32,000 nucleotides of DNA from Chlamydiota bacterium (GTDB taxonomy: Bacteria > Auribacterota > JACPWU01). How positions within the stretch are numbered: position 1 is the stretch's first letter; every line of letters begins with the position of its first letter. Where the stretch lies: positions 1-32,000 of the forward strand of contig JACPWU010000002.1 of the NCBI GenBank assembly GCA_016196885.1, given 5' to 3'. The translations under genes and the position numbers were made by a program. Below, in pieces: positions 1-7,598 of this stretch. The notes beneath the pieces were generated by a model. It was not told the origin of the DNA, ran no database searches, and was given only the letters and a program-made list of their open reading frames with translations.

Positions 1-2
1 CC

Positions 3-122
3 TGGGGTACCAACATCTCAGGGTTCACAGACAGCTCAGCCCATTGGATTTGGTCTGGCAATAATGAGACAGGCTCATCCAATATTGATTCTACGGTTTA
101 TTTTAGGAAGGTGGTGGAGTAA
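3..122 (+). CDS. 3-prime end (39 codons) of a gene that starts upstream of the window, product unknown
   Basis: Frame 3 is open from the window edge to TAA at 120-122 (WGTNISGFTDSSAHWIWSGNNETGSSNIDSTVYFRKVVE*). Composition is protein-like and it ends 8 nt before hairpin A1, the same geometry as other gene ends here. Too short to assign a family. Confidence 0.3.
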   Translation, partial: WGTNISGFTDSSAHWIWSGNNETGSSNIDSTVYFRKVVE

Positions 123-129
123 AACAGGG

Positions 130-188
130 GTGAGGGGTGAGTTTTGAAGGTTTTATTTTTACTCACCACTCATCCCTTACCCCTCACA
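130..188. repeat. Family A heptamer hairpin, copy A1
   Basis: Left array GTGAGGG GTGAGTT (130-143), loop TTGAAGGTTTTATTTTT, right array ACTCACC ACTCATC CCTTACC CCTCACA (161-188). Loop and arms resemble copy A2 at 29090-29161. Lies between two convergent stop codons (122 and 197). Confidence 0.75.
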
Positions 189-196
189 ACAGGTTT

Positions 197-1048
197 TTAC
201 TCACTCGTCAACACTTCCGCTTTTTCTATTCTCGCAATAAAAATGACAGAGATGACGAGCAAGAGCCCTCCCAAAATTGCAGATAAGGCAGGTGTTTCCT
301 TCCAAAAAATCATTCCCAGAATTAAAGAGAAAAGAACAATACTGGATGAGTAGGCGCTGGTTGCGGCGGTGCTTCCCCATTGATAAGCCTGGGTCATGAG
401 AATCTGGGCAATGGTGGCAAGGATACCGGTTCCTCCGAGATATAAAATTTCTTTTCCATGAGGCATTTTGAAGATGGGCCATGTCAGTGGCGTGGCAATC
501 AGAGTCGAAACCCAAGAAAAGTAAAACACAATGGTGAGAGGGGAATCTTTGTTTTTCAAGGCCCCAATGGAAAGATAGGCGCCCGCGGCAAAGACTCCGG
601 AGATCAGGCCCACCATCATTCCCCAAAAATTAACGTAGGTCTGGGGTTGAACAATGAGGATCACTCCCAAGAACCCGAAGACAATGAAGAAAAATACAGG
701 CGCATGAAATTTTTCTTTCAAAATGAAGGGGGCTAGCATTGCTACAAAAAGCGGAGAGGTATAATTAAGCATTACGGCCATGGCCAAGGGAATTTTGCTG
801 ACGGCCCAAAAATAAAGGCTGAGGGCTAGAAAGCCACTGACCCCTCTCACGATTAAAATGGAAGGTTTGTTGCCCAAGAAAGAAGTTCTCTGAATCAGAA
901 TGACAGGGATGATTGAGATAAACCCGATCACGCTTCTAAAAAATACAATTTCTGAAACAGGAATGGTTTGGCTTGCAAAGCGGACACAGACTCCCATCAG
1001 AGCGAAGAGAAAAGAAGAAGAGGTCATCAGAAGAGCATTTTTTTTCAT
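197..1048 (-). CDS. EamA/DMT-family membrane transporter
   Basis: Hydrophobic throughout with about 10 predicted TM segments in two similar halves. DMT-like N-terminus MKKNALLMTSSSFLFALMGVCVRFAS. ATG at 1048 preferred; the ORF track extends to 1096. Confidence 0.85.
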   Translation of the reverse strand: MKKNALLMTSSSFLFALMGVCVRFASQTIPVSEIVFFRSVIGFISIIPVILIQRTSFLGNKPSILIVRGVSGFLALSLYFWAVSKIPLAMAVMLNYTSPLFVAMLAPFILKEKFHAPVFFFIVFGFLGVILIVQPQTYVNFWGMMVGLISGVFAAGAYLSIGALKNKDSPLTIVFYFSWVSTLIATPLTWPIFKMPHGKEILYLGGTGILATIAQILMTQAYQWGSTAATSAYSSSIVLFSLILGMIFWKETPALSAILGGLLLVISVIFIARIEKAEVLTSE

Positions 1049-1154
1049 AGCTAACCTGGATTTCTCACCCACATTCGTCATTCCCGCAAGTTTCAACGAA
1101 ATAGCCTGTACGTGTTTTTAGCTTGTGATGAAAAATAAGGGCTGAATCATTCTC

Positions 1155-1811
1155 TCAACGATGGGTCTGGACTCCTCTTTTCTTGCAATATATTTCAATC
1201 TCACAAAGGCTACAAAAGGGTGATATCGGTCGACACAAATTCTGGCCATAGGAAACAAAAAGATCATTCAAAATTTTCCAGTGTTTTTGAGGAATCGCTT
1301 TCATGAGGGCAAACTCCGTTTGTTCCGGGGTTTTCGTTTCCACCCAGCCCAGACGATTTGAAATCCGGTGGACATGCGTATCTACGCAAATGCCGTCTTT
1401 ATCATACCCGAGGGTGAGAACCAGATTAGCGGTTTTTCGTCCAACCCCTTTTAAACTGAGCAATCCTTCTAATGTATTGGGAACTTGACCTTGAAATTGA
1501 CCCATGAGTGTTTTAGAAATTTCAAGAATGGTTTTGGCTTTTGTCTTGTAAAATCCAGCGGGATAAATTAGTTTTTCAATTTCATTAGAAGCAAGTTTGA
1601 GCATTTCTGAAGGAGTAGAGGCTTTCTGAAAAAGTCTTTGAGATGCAATATCGGTGACTTCGTCTTTGGTTCGAAGACTGATCAGGCATGAAATCAAAAT
1701 TTGATACGGGCTGCGGGAAGTTTCGGCCACGATCCCAACGGCTGGTGTTTTCCACCGGCGAGTGGTTTTCTTCAAAATTGCAATCATAGTCTCGATGTCT
1801 TTTATGTGCAT
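1155..1811 (-). CDS. nth: endonuclease III (DNA glycosylase/AP lyase)
   Basis: HhH-GPD motif LLSLKGVGRKTANLVL, VDTHVHRI segment, and C-terminal 4Fe-4S ligands CX6CX2CX5C (CRPISPFCSLCEIEIYC). Confidence 0.9.
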   Translation of the reverse strand: MHIKDIETMIAILKKTTRRWKTPAVGIVAETSRSPYQILISCLISLRTKDEVTDIASQRLFQKASTPSEMLKLASNEIEKLIYPAGFYKTKAKTILEISKTLMGQFQGQVPNTLEGLLSLKGVGRKTANLVLTLGYDKDGICVDTHVHRISNRLGWVETKTPEQTEFALMKAIPQKHWKILNDLFVSYGQNLCRPISPFCSLCEIEIYCKKRGVQTHR

Positions 1812-1817
1812 AGAAGG

Positions 1818-1826
1818 TGGTATAAT
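1818..1826 (+). promoter_or_regulatory. candidate extended -10 promoter element for queE
   Basis: TGGTATAAT (TGnTATAAT) lies 53 nt upstream of the queE ATG in the divergent nth-queE spacer. No good -35 seen. Confidence 0.35.
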
Positions 1827-1842
1827 ATACCTTAAGAATAAA

Positions 1843-1874
1843 GTTTAAAAGTTCAAACGTTCAAAGGTTTAAAG
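1843..1874 (+). repeat. four tandem 8-mers in the queE 5-prime leader
   Basis: GTTTAAAA GTTCAAAC GTTCAAAG GTTTAAAG, ending 4 nt before the queE ATG and overlapping the only SD-like AAGGA. Confidence 0.6.
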
Positions 1875-1878
1875 GATC

Positions 1879-2517
1879 ATGCTAAAGGTTAACGAAATTT
1901 ATAAAAGCATTCAGGGGGAATCCAGTTTTGTCGGGCTGCCTTGTGTTTTTGTGCGACTCACAGGTTGTCATTTAAGATGCACCTGGTGCGATACCGCCTA
2001 TGCCTTTCATGAAGGAGAGGACATGACGGTGGAGGAGGTTGTGAAAAAAGTGCGGGGTCTTGGCCCTCGACTTTTTGAACTCACGGGTGGAGAGCCCTTG
2101 CTTCAGGAAGACGCTTTTCCATTGGTTGAGCGCCTTTTGAAGTTACATGACACGGTTTTAGTGGAAACCAGTGGAGCCGTGGATGTTGCGTGTTTGGACA
2201 AACAGGCGGTGAAAATCATGGATATCAAATGTCCTGCGAGCGGGATGTCCGATAAAATGATTTGGGAGAACTTGAATTATTTAACGCCTCGTGATGAAAT
2301 TAAGTTTGTGATTCAGAATCGTTCTGATTTTGATTGGGCGTGTCGTGTGATTGAAGAACATGATTTGCTCAAAAAGTCCCCGATTTTATTTTCTCCTGTT
2401 TTTGGGCAATTGAATCCTCAAGAATTGGCCGAGTGGATTTTGAAGGAAAATTTGAATGTTCGCATGCAGCTCCAAATTCATAAATACATTTGGTCTGTGG
2501 AGGTAAGAGGCGTATGA
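1879..2517 (+). CDS. queE: 7-carboxy-7-deazaguanine synthase (radical SAM)
   Basis: N-terminus IYKSIQGESSFVGLPCVFVRLTGCHLRCTWCDT with CX3CX2C cluster motif, ELTGGEPLL SAM-binding motif, about 210 aa as in QueE. Confidence 0.9.
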   Translation: MLKVNEIYKSIQGESSFVGLPCVFVRLTGCHLRCTWCDTAYAFHEGEDMTVEEVVKKVRGLGPRLFELTGGEPLLQEDAFPLVERLLKLHDTVLVETSGAVDVACLDKQAVKIMDIKCPASGMSDKMIWENLNYLTPRDEIKFVIQNRSDFDWACRVIEEHDLLKKSPILFSPVFGQLNPQELAEWILKENLNVRMQLQIHKYIWSVEVRGV

Positions 2518-2705
2518 AAAAAACGAAAATTATTTCACTTTTAGTGATTTGCATTCTCTTTGTTATTTTTGTTTTGCAGAACTCGACTGTGATTCGGACA
2601 AAATTTCTCTTTTTTGAATGGAATATGCCAAAGGCTTTGTTGATCTGTCTTTCAGTGATGGTCGGGGTTGTTTTAGGAATTCTAGCTTCGATGCGGAAAC
2701 CATAA
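2514..2705 (+). CDS. small two-TM membrane protein, LapA/DUF1049-like
   Basis: ATG at 2514 overlaps the queE stop (ATGA). Two hydrophobic helices (IISLLVICILFVIFVL, ALLICLSVMVGVVLGILA) with a short loop, typical of LapA-domain proteins. Confidence 0.6.
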   Translation: MKKTKIISLLVICILFVIFVLQNSTVIRTKFLFFEWNMPKALLICLSVMVGVVLGILASMRKP

Positions 2706-2820
2706 AAAGATTGTTCTTTGGGAGAGTTCTTGATAGAAAAGTTTTGTTCCTTATAACTCTCCTCTTGTTATGAAACATTCATGCCGACTGAGGTCGGCAC
2801 AAAGGGGGATGAAAATCACC

Positions 2821-2898
2821 CTTGTAGTCGCCCCATTTATGGGGCGGTCTATGACATTGGGGCATTGGGCATTGCCCGATAAATCGGGCGACTACAAG
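2821..2898. repeat. Family D GC-rich composite palindrome (copies D1/D2)
   Basis: CTTGTAGTCGCC (2821-2832) pairs perfectly with GGCGACTACAAG (2887-2898). Inside are two local hairpins, CCCCATTTATGGGG and CCCGATAAATCGGG. Confidence 0.8.
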
Positions 2899-2920
2899 CT
2901 AAAATGGCGGGTAGGTGGGG

Positions 2921-2960
2921 GGATGAATCGGGCAGCCCCATAAATGGGGCGACTACAAAA
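2921..2960. repeat. Family D half copy (D3)
   Basis: ATCGGGCAGCCCCATAAATGGGGCGACTACAAAA is identical over 34 nt to D4 at 14891-14924. The left stem is missing or degenerate. Confidence 0.75.
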
Positions 2961-3074
2961 TAAGGAGGCGAGAGGTAGAGGCGGGCGGGGCTTTCAGTGC
3001 ACACGAGGACCCCCAAAAGAGTCATTGAAATTAAAATAAGGTGAGAGCTGTAAAGAAACATTTACTACCGCGCT

Positions 3075-3140
3075 GGGGTAGGGGGAGTTATGAAAATTAA
3101 TTTTATAACCCCTCCTGCCTCCCCTTAAACTAAGGGGAGG
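3075..3140. repeat. G/C-tract hairpins resembling family E (E1)
   Basis: GGGGTAGGGGGAGTTAT (3075-3091) versus ATAACCCCTCCTGCCTCCCC (3105-3124), plus CCTCCCCTTA-AAC-TAAGGGGAGG (3118-3140), about 40 nt upstream of gpmA. Confidence 0.55.
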
Positions 3141-3180
3141 AAAAAATGTTTTTGAGATTTATATCCATTAGGAGAGCATC

Positions 3181-3930
3181 ATGCATAAATTGGTTCTTTT
3201 GAGGCATGGAGAAAGTGTTTGGAACAAAGAAAATCGTTTCACGGGTTGGACAGATGTTGATTTGTCCGAGAAAGGTGTGGGAGAAGCTCGCAGGGCAGGA
3301 CAGCTTCTTAAGAAAGAGGGTTTTGTTTTTGATATAGCTTTTACGTCGCTTTTAAAGAGGGCCATTCGAACCCTTTGGTTGACATTGGATGAAATGGATT
3401 TGATGTGGATTCCGATCCATCATTCTTGGAAATTGAATGAACGGCATTATGGATCTTTACAGGGCTTGAACAAATCTGAAACAGCGGCAAAGTTTGGGGA
3501 AGAGCAAATTTTAGTTTGGCGAAGAAGTTATGATGTTCCGCCTCCGGCTCTAGACAAAAAGGACTCCCGTTATCCAGGAACGGATCCACGCTACAAAGAT
3601 TTAAAACCTCAAGAACTTCCTTTGACAGAATGTTTGAAGGATACGGTTGAACGCTTCTTGCCTTATTGGCACGAAGTGATTGCGCCTGTCGTCAAATCAG
3701 GCAAACGAGTGGTCATTGCGGCCCATGGAAATTCATTGAGGGCCTTGGTGAAATATTTAGACCATGTTTCGGATGAGGATATTATTTCCCTCAACATTCC
3801 CACGGGCATGCCGCTGGTTTATGAATTGGATGCCCATTTAAAGCCCTTACGTCATGAGTATCTCGGAGATCCCGAAGAAGTGAAAAAAGCGATGGCGGCG
3901 GTCGCCAGTCAGGGAAAGGCGAAGGGCTGA
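3181..3930 (+). CDS. gpmA: 2,3-bisphosphoglycerate-dependent phosphoglycerate mutase
   Basis: [29 protein letters not shown] with catalytic RHGES histidine, second His motif [10 protein letters not shown], about 250 aa. Confidence 0.95.
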   Translation: MHKLVLLRHGESVWNKENRFTGWTDVDLSEKGVGEARRAGQLLKKEGFVFDIAFTSLLKRAIRTLWLTLDEMDLMWIPIHHSWKLNERHYGSLQGLNKSETAAKFGEEQILVWRRSYDVPPPALDKKDSRYPGTDPRYKDLKPQELPLTECLKDTVERFLPYWHEVIAPVVKSGKRVVIAAHGNSLRALVKYLDHVSDEDIISLNIPTGMPLVYELDAHLKPLRHEYLGDPEEVKKAMAAVASQGKAKG

Positions 3931-3934
3931 TTTC

Positions 3935-4732
3935 TTGAAATTTTTTCATTTCCTTCAGATTTTTTTCATCTCTCTTACCTTCAACTTTTTCCCCTATTTT
4001 GCGAGAGGGGAAAACACTTCTTTCCAGGAACTGCTTCATCAAGCGGACCAGGCCTATGAGGCCAAATCTTATGAGGAGGCCTTTGGGCTTTATGAAAAAG
4101 CTTCTCAGACGAATTCTCAAAACTATGAATTGATTTGGAAATGGGCTCGGGTTTGTGTACACCTTTCTGAGCAAACTCAGGACGAGAAATCTCAAGAGGG
4201 TTACGAGAAAAAAGCGTATGAGTTGGGTCAAAAGGCGATAGGGCTTAATCCAGACGGGACCGAGGGTCATCTTTATTTTTGTTTGGGCTTGGGGAAATGG
4301 GCCTTAGGAAAGGGACCCCGAGAGCAAATTCGTGTTTCCAAAGAAATCAAAGAACACATTGAGAAATCTATTGCGTTAGATCCCAGTCATCATTCGGCTT
4401 GGCATGTGCTCGGATGCTGGCATCAGAGATTGGCGACGCTCAACTGGTTTGAGAAAAGTTGTGCCAATCTTTTTCTGGGCGGGGTGCCCAAAGATGCCTC
4501 GTTGGAGAAGGCCGTGGAATGCTTTCAGAAAGCCATTGCCTTGGAACCGAACGCCATTTTTCATCATTTAGAATTGGCCAAAACTTATGAGGCCATGAAA
4601 AAGAAGGAGGATGCGATTCAAGAATATCAAAAGGTCTTAGCTCTTCCGATTTATGATTCTGAAGATAATCAGAGGAAAAAAGAAGCAGAGAAGAGAATGA
4701 CCCATTTCCAATTTCAAATGTCAAATGAATGA
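3935..4732 (+). CDS. secreted TPR-like protein resembling the RMD1/FAM82 (regulator of microtubule dynamics) fold family
   Basis: Hydrophobic N-terminal signal-like segment. The C-terminal half (WHVLGCWHQRLATLNWFEKSCANLFLGGVPKDASLEKAVECFQKAIALEPN) resembles the RMDN-type TPR region as I recall it. TTG start in the track. Confidence 0.7.
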   Translation: MKFFHFLQIFFISLTFNFFPYFARGENTSFQELLHQADQAYEAKSYEEAFGLYEKASQTNSQNYELIWKWARVCVHLSEQTQDEKSQEGYEKKAYELGQKAIGLNPDGTEGHLYFCLGLGKWALGKGPREQIRVSKEIKEHIEKSIALDPSHHSAWHVLGCWHQRLATLNWFEKSCANLFLGGVPKDASLEKAVECFQKAIALEPNAIFHHLELAKTYEAMKKKEDAIQEYQKVLALPIYDSEDNQRKKEAEKRMTHFQFQMSNE

Positions 4733-4735
4733 CCG

Positions 4736-4797
4736 ATGACAAATGTCCAATGGATCATTGGAAATTAATTTGTCATAGGTTATTGGACATTTGTCAT
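4736..4797. repeat. Family C heptamer hairpin, copy C1
   Basis: ATGACAAATGTCCAAT (4736-4751) pairs perfectly with ATTGGACATTTGTCAT (4782-4797). The inner ATTGGAAATTAATTTGTCAT is shared with C4. Sits between convergent stops and contains the prmA stop codon. Confidence 0.8.
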
Positions 4798-5661
4798 TTT
4801 CAATAAATATCCCTTCCAATCTCCCTCTTCCTTCTGATCTTGAATGACCCATTTTTTCTGTTTTTTGAGCCAGGGTTCAAAAAAAGAGATTTGACTTTTT
4901 TCAATTCCTGCAAGGATGAGGCAGCCTTTTGGAGAGTGAACGAGACGCGTGATATTCTTCCAGTTTTTTTGAATATCTAATGCCGTCAGATTGGCAAAGG
5001 CGGCGTCATATTTTTGAGGTTTCTTGAAGAAGGCGATCGCCTTTGTAGAAAATAGGATTTTTTTATGCACACGATTCCTCTGAGCATTTTTTTGGGCAAT
5101 TTCAATAGCCTCAGGATCAATATCTAATGCGAGCGCTTTTTGGACACCTAATTTAATGGCAGCAATGGCTAAAATCCCGGACCCGCATCCGATGTCGCAG
5201 ACTTTTTCCCAAGATAAAGCCCTTTTGGAAATCCATTCCAGGCACATGCGTGTGGTGGGATGATGTCCTGTGCCAAAGGCCATATCAGGATCGAGTCGAA
5301 TCACTTTTTCTTGATTTTTTCCTTTGTAAGAAATCCAACTGGGGCAGACGATCCATTCTTGAATTCTTAATAAACCCAGGCCTTTTTTCCATCGGGTGGT
5401 CCAATTCGAGGGAAGGGAAGAGAGTCTAAAATTCGAAAAATGAAAAAGGGAATGCTTAAGTTTTTTCTTAAGAAGGCCTCCTTCTTTTTTATTTTGAAGA
5501 TAAATTTTAACGATGGGTTTTTGGTGAGGTTTTTCTTCAATGGTTGCTTGAAGACTCATTTCTGAGGTCAACCATTCGAGAATGGGATCCGTTTCAGGAT
5601 CACAGGTAAAGCTTAGGACGAAGAGATTTTTAGAGTACATGTTTTTGAAAAACAGGGGCAT
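4780..5661 (-). CDS. prmA: ribosomal protein L11 methyltransferase
   Basis: DPDMAFGTGHHPTTRMCLEWI and SAM motif VCDIGCGSGILAIAA, about 290 aa. The last six codons (KMTNVQ*) are encoded by repeat C1. Confidence 0.9.
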   Translation of the reverse strand: MPLFFKNMYSKNLFVLSFTCDPETDPILEWLTSEMSLQATIEEKPHQKPIVKIYLQNKKEGGLLKKKLKHSLFHFSNFRLSSLPSNWTTRWKKGLGLLRIQEWIVCPSWISYKGKNQEKVIRLDPDMAFGTGHHPTTRMCLEWISKRALSWEKVCDIGCGSGILAIAAIKLGVQKALALDIDPEAIEIAQKNAQRNRVHKKILFSTKAIAFFKKPQKYDAAFANLTALDIQKNWKNITRLVHSPKGCLILAGIEKSQISFFEPWLKKQKKWVIQDQKEEGDWKGYLLKMTNVQ

Positions 5662-5735
5662 GGGTCAAGGGTCAGGGGTCAAGAAAAAATAAACTCCTTT
5701 AAATCTTGACCCTTGACCCTTGCCGCTTGACCCTT
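5662..5735. repeat. Family B heptamer hairpin, copy B1
   Basis: GGGTCAA GGGTCAG GGGTCAA (5662-5682), 22-nt A/T loop, TTGACCC TTGACCC TTGCCGC TTGACCC (5706-5733). Starts 1 nt from the prmA ATG. The right arm matches B2 at 28 of 30 positions. Confidence 0.85.
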
Positions 5736-5852
5736 CTTTGGATTCGAGTTCTATTGTATACTACGATGAAAATATAGGAAGCGAATCATGGACAATCCAG
5801 AACCTTTAAGTTTTGAAATTGTTGAGAGACTAAAAGAAATTCCTCCGGAGAA

Positions 5853-6329
5853 TCAAGATGCGGTGTATCCCAAGTGAGGGAGTTTCTTCTGAAAACGGTG
5901 AAAGGCCAGAGTTGCTCGAAGGGCCTTCGCTTGAGCCATGACCACAATGTAAGCCAGTACGTGATGGGGTAGCGCTGGAATAATGCGAATAAATACGCAG
6001 GCCCCCACAATGGTATGGAGAAGGATCAAGGTCATTGCCATTCCACAAGACGAAAAAAGCGCCTTCTTGATCATTTTTGCCTCACTCAGGACTTGAGAAT
6101 CCATTTTGCTGAGCTTGTCTTCTTCCGTCAATTGGTCGCGAATGCCTAGAAAATAGGAGGTAGACAGCATGGTTCCTGAAACGCCCAGAAAAGTAGATGC
6201 CAAACCCACGACCAAATGAAAAATGACGAAGTTTCCGTGACTTAGGCTGACGTAACCCAATATCAGGTTGATGATAAATCCAAGAAGAGATAGACTTAAG
6301 CAAAGCTGAATAACGATTTGCATTTTCAC
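5853..6329 (-). CDS. hypothetical integral membrane protein (about 4 TM)
   Basis: Long ORF with four hydrophobic helices and no competing ORF of better quality. No recognisable motif. Confidence 0.55.
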   Translation of the reverse strand: MKMQIVIQLCLSLSLLGFIINLILGYVSLSHGNFVIFHLVVGLASTFLGVSGTMLSTSYFLGIRDQLTEEDKLSKMDSQVLSEAKMIKKALFSSCGMAMTLILLHTIVGACVFIRIIPALPHHVLAYIVVMAQAKALRATLAFHRFQKKLPHLGYTAS

Positions 6330-6364
6330 ACTTTACCACGAAACCTTTTGAGAGTGAACGCAAT

Positions 6365-7483
6365 ATGGAAGCTTCGTTGATCATTGCCGATTCTGAAAAA
6401 GATTCGAACATGTATTATGCCACGCATTTCTTGGCGCCGGACGCCTTTGTCTATGTTGGCCTCAGTGGAAAAAGTGTGATGATTATGAGCGATTTGGAAG
6501 TGGATCGGGCGAGGGCGCAAGGAAAAGTGGACGAAGTTCTCTCCAGTACTCGACTGTCCAATGATCTTCGTTCGAAAGGCATTCTCCATCCGAGTCTCAC
6601 GGATATTCTAGAGGCTTATCTAAAAAATCAGGATGTGAAAAAGATAGAAGTTCCAGGCAATTTCCCTTTGGAGTACGCGGATTCCTTGAGGTCTAGAGGT
6701 TTTGTTCTCTCCTGCCGGAAAGATCCTTTTTTTGAGGCTCGGCTGGTCAAACGTTCTGAAGAAGTTAAAGCCATTTGCGAAACTCAACAAGCGACGGAAG
6801 ACGCGGTCGGTGAAGCCATCGATGTGATCAAGAAAAGTGGGATTCGTGGAGAGTTACTTTATTTTAAAAATGAAATTTTAACTTCGGAAAAAATAAAAGA
6901 GATTTTGCATTTGAGCATGATGAAGAAAAATTGCATTGGCGAACACACCATTGTGGCGTGTGGTGTGGATGGGGTAGATCCGCACAATGAAGGATCAGGC
7001 CCTTTGAAGGCGCATCAGTCTATTATTTTGGATGTGTTCCCTCGGTCTTCTAAAACTCGTTATTTTGCAGACATGACACGTACGGTGGTTCGAGGTCGGG
7101 CTTCAGAGAAATTGAAAAAGATGTACGCGGCTGTTTTGGAAGGTCAAAATATAGGCCTTCGCAGGGTTCGAAGTGGCGTGGATGGCAAAATGATTCACCA
7201 GGCTATTTTGGATTATTTCCATTCTTTGGGATTTGAATCGGGGGAGAGGGCAGGACGCCTTCAGGGTTTTTTCCACGGAACGGGTCATGGAGTGGGTTTA
7301 GACATTCATGAGCCGCCTCGCATCAGTCAGGGTTCAAATATTTTGAAAACAGGAGAAGTGGTGACCGTAGAACCCGGGCTTTATTATTTGGACGCGGGGG
7401 GCATTCGATTAGAGGATATGGTGCTTGTGCAACCGAATGGCTGTGAAAACTTAACAAAATTTCCAAAAGTTTTTGAACTTTAA
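6365..7483 (+). CDS. M24-family Xaa-Pro aminopeptidase/dipeptidase
   Basis: Pita-bread fold signatures HGTGHGVGLDIHEPP, VTVEPGLY and IRLEDMV. N-terminal creatinase-like domain of matching length. Confidence 0.9.
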   Translation: MEASLIIADSEKDSNMYYATHFLAPDAFVYVGLSGKSVMIMSDLEVDRARAQGKVDEVLSSTRLSNDLRSKGILHPSLTDILEAYLKNQDVKKIEVPGNFPLEYADSLRSRGFVLSCRKDPFFEARLVKRSEEVKAICETQQATEDAVGEAIDVIKKSGIRGELLYFKNEILTSEKIKEILHLSMMKKNCIGEHTIVACGVDGVDPHNEGSGPLKAHQSIILDVFPRSSKTRYFADMTRTVVRGRASEKLKKMYAAVLEGQNIGLRRVRSGVDGKMIHQAILDYFHSLGFESGERAGRLQGFFHGTGHGVGLDIHEPPRISQGSNILKTGEVVTVEPGLYYLDAGGIRLEDMVLVQPNGCENLTKFPKVFEL

Positions 7484-7585
7484 TGACAAATTTCCAATAA
7501 TTGGAAATTAACTAACAGAGAGCATTCATTGGACATTTGATATTTGTCATTCATTTGTTATTGGATATTGGGCATTTGTCATTTT
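7483..7585. repeat. Family C heptamer array, copy C2
   Basis: Palindrome AATTTCCAAT-A-ATTGGAAATT (7489-7509), then ATTGGAC ATTTGAT ATTTGTC (ATTC) ATTTGTT ATTGGAT ATTGGGC ATTTGTC. Starts at the stop codon of the M24 peptidase gene. Confidence 0.75.
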
Positions 7586-7598
7586 AGGTATATCTTTT

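Noticed and set aside
201-626. Long antisense or alternative-frame ORFs inside well-supported genes, for example 201-626, 3791-4270, 7914-8390, 16363-16767 and 19952-20332.
   Set aside because: These are shadow ORFs of genes with clear family signatures on the other strand or frame. Their products are low-complexity or Arg/Ser/Leu-rich.
1827-1878. A preQ1 riboswitch upstream of queE.
   Set aside because: There is no short hairpin followed by the conserved A-rich tail pattern. The leader is instead four tandem 8-mers. A covariance-model scan is still needed.
2849-3061. 70-aa ORF (and the similar 14710-14952 ORF) sharing the peptide VAPFMGLPD.
   Set aside because: The shared peptide is the translation of the family D palindrome. 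There is no SD, and the ORFs lie wholly in repeat DNA.
3055-3072. A 15 of 16 match (ACATYTACTACCGCG) between 3055-3072 and 26626-26642, as a possible extra repeat family.
   Set aside because: A rough estimate gives several such matches expected by chance in a 32-kb window on both strands. There is no extended similarity around it.
5684-5705. A perfect SD-like AAAGGAG on the minus strand inside the B1 loop, possibly driving a hidden ORF or prmA translation.
   Set aside because: It lies about 33 nt from the prmA ATG. The only nearby start (TTG) is followed by a stop after 5 codons. The B2 loop has no equivalent.
5788-5877. 29-codon plus-strand ORF (MDNPEPLSFEIVERLKEIPPENQDAVYPK).
   Set aside because: It has a weak SD and no clear promoter, overlaps the 3-prime end of the minus-strand membrane protein gene, and is too short to evaluate.
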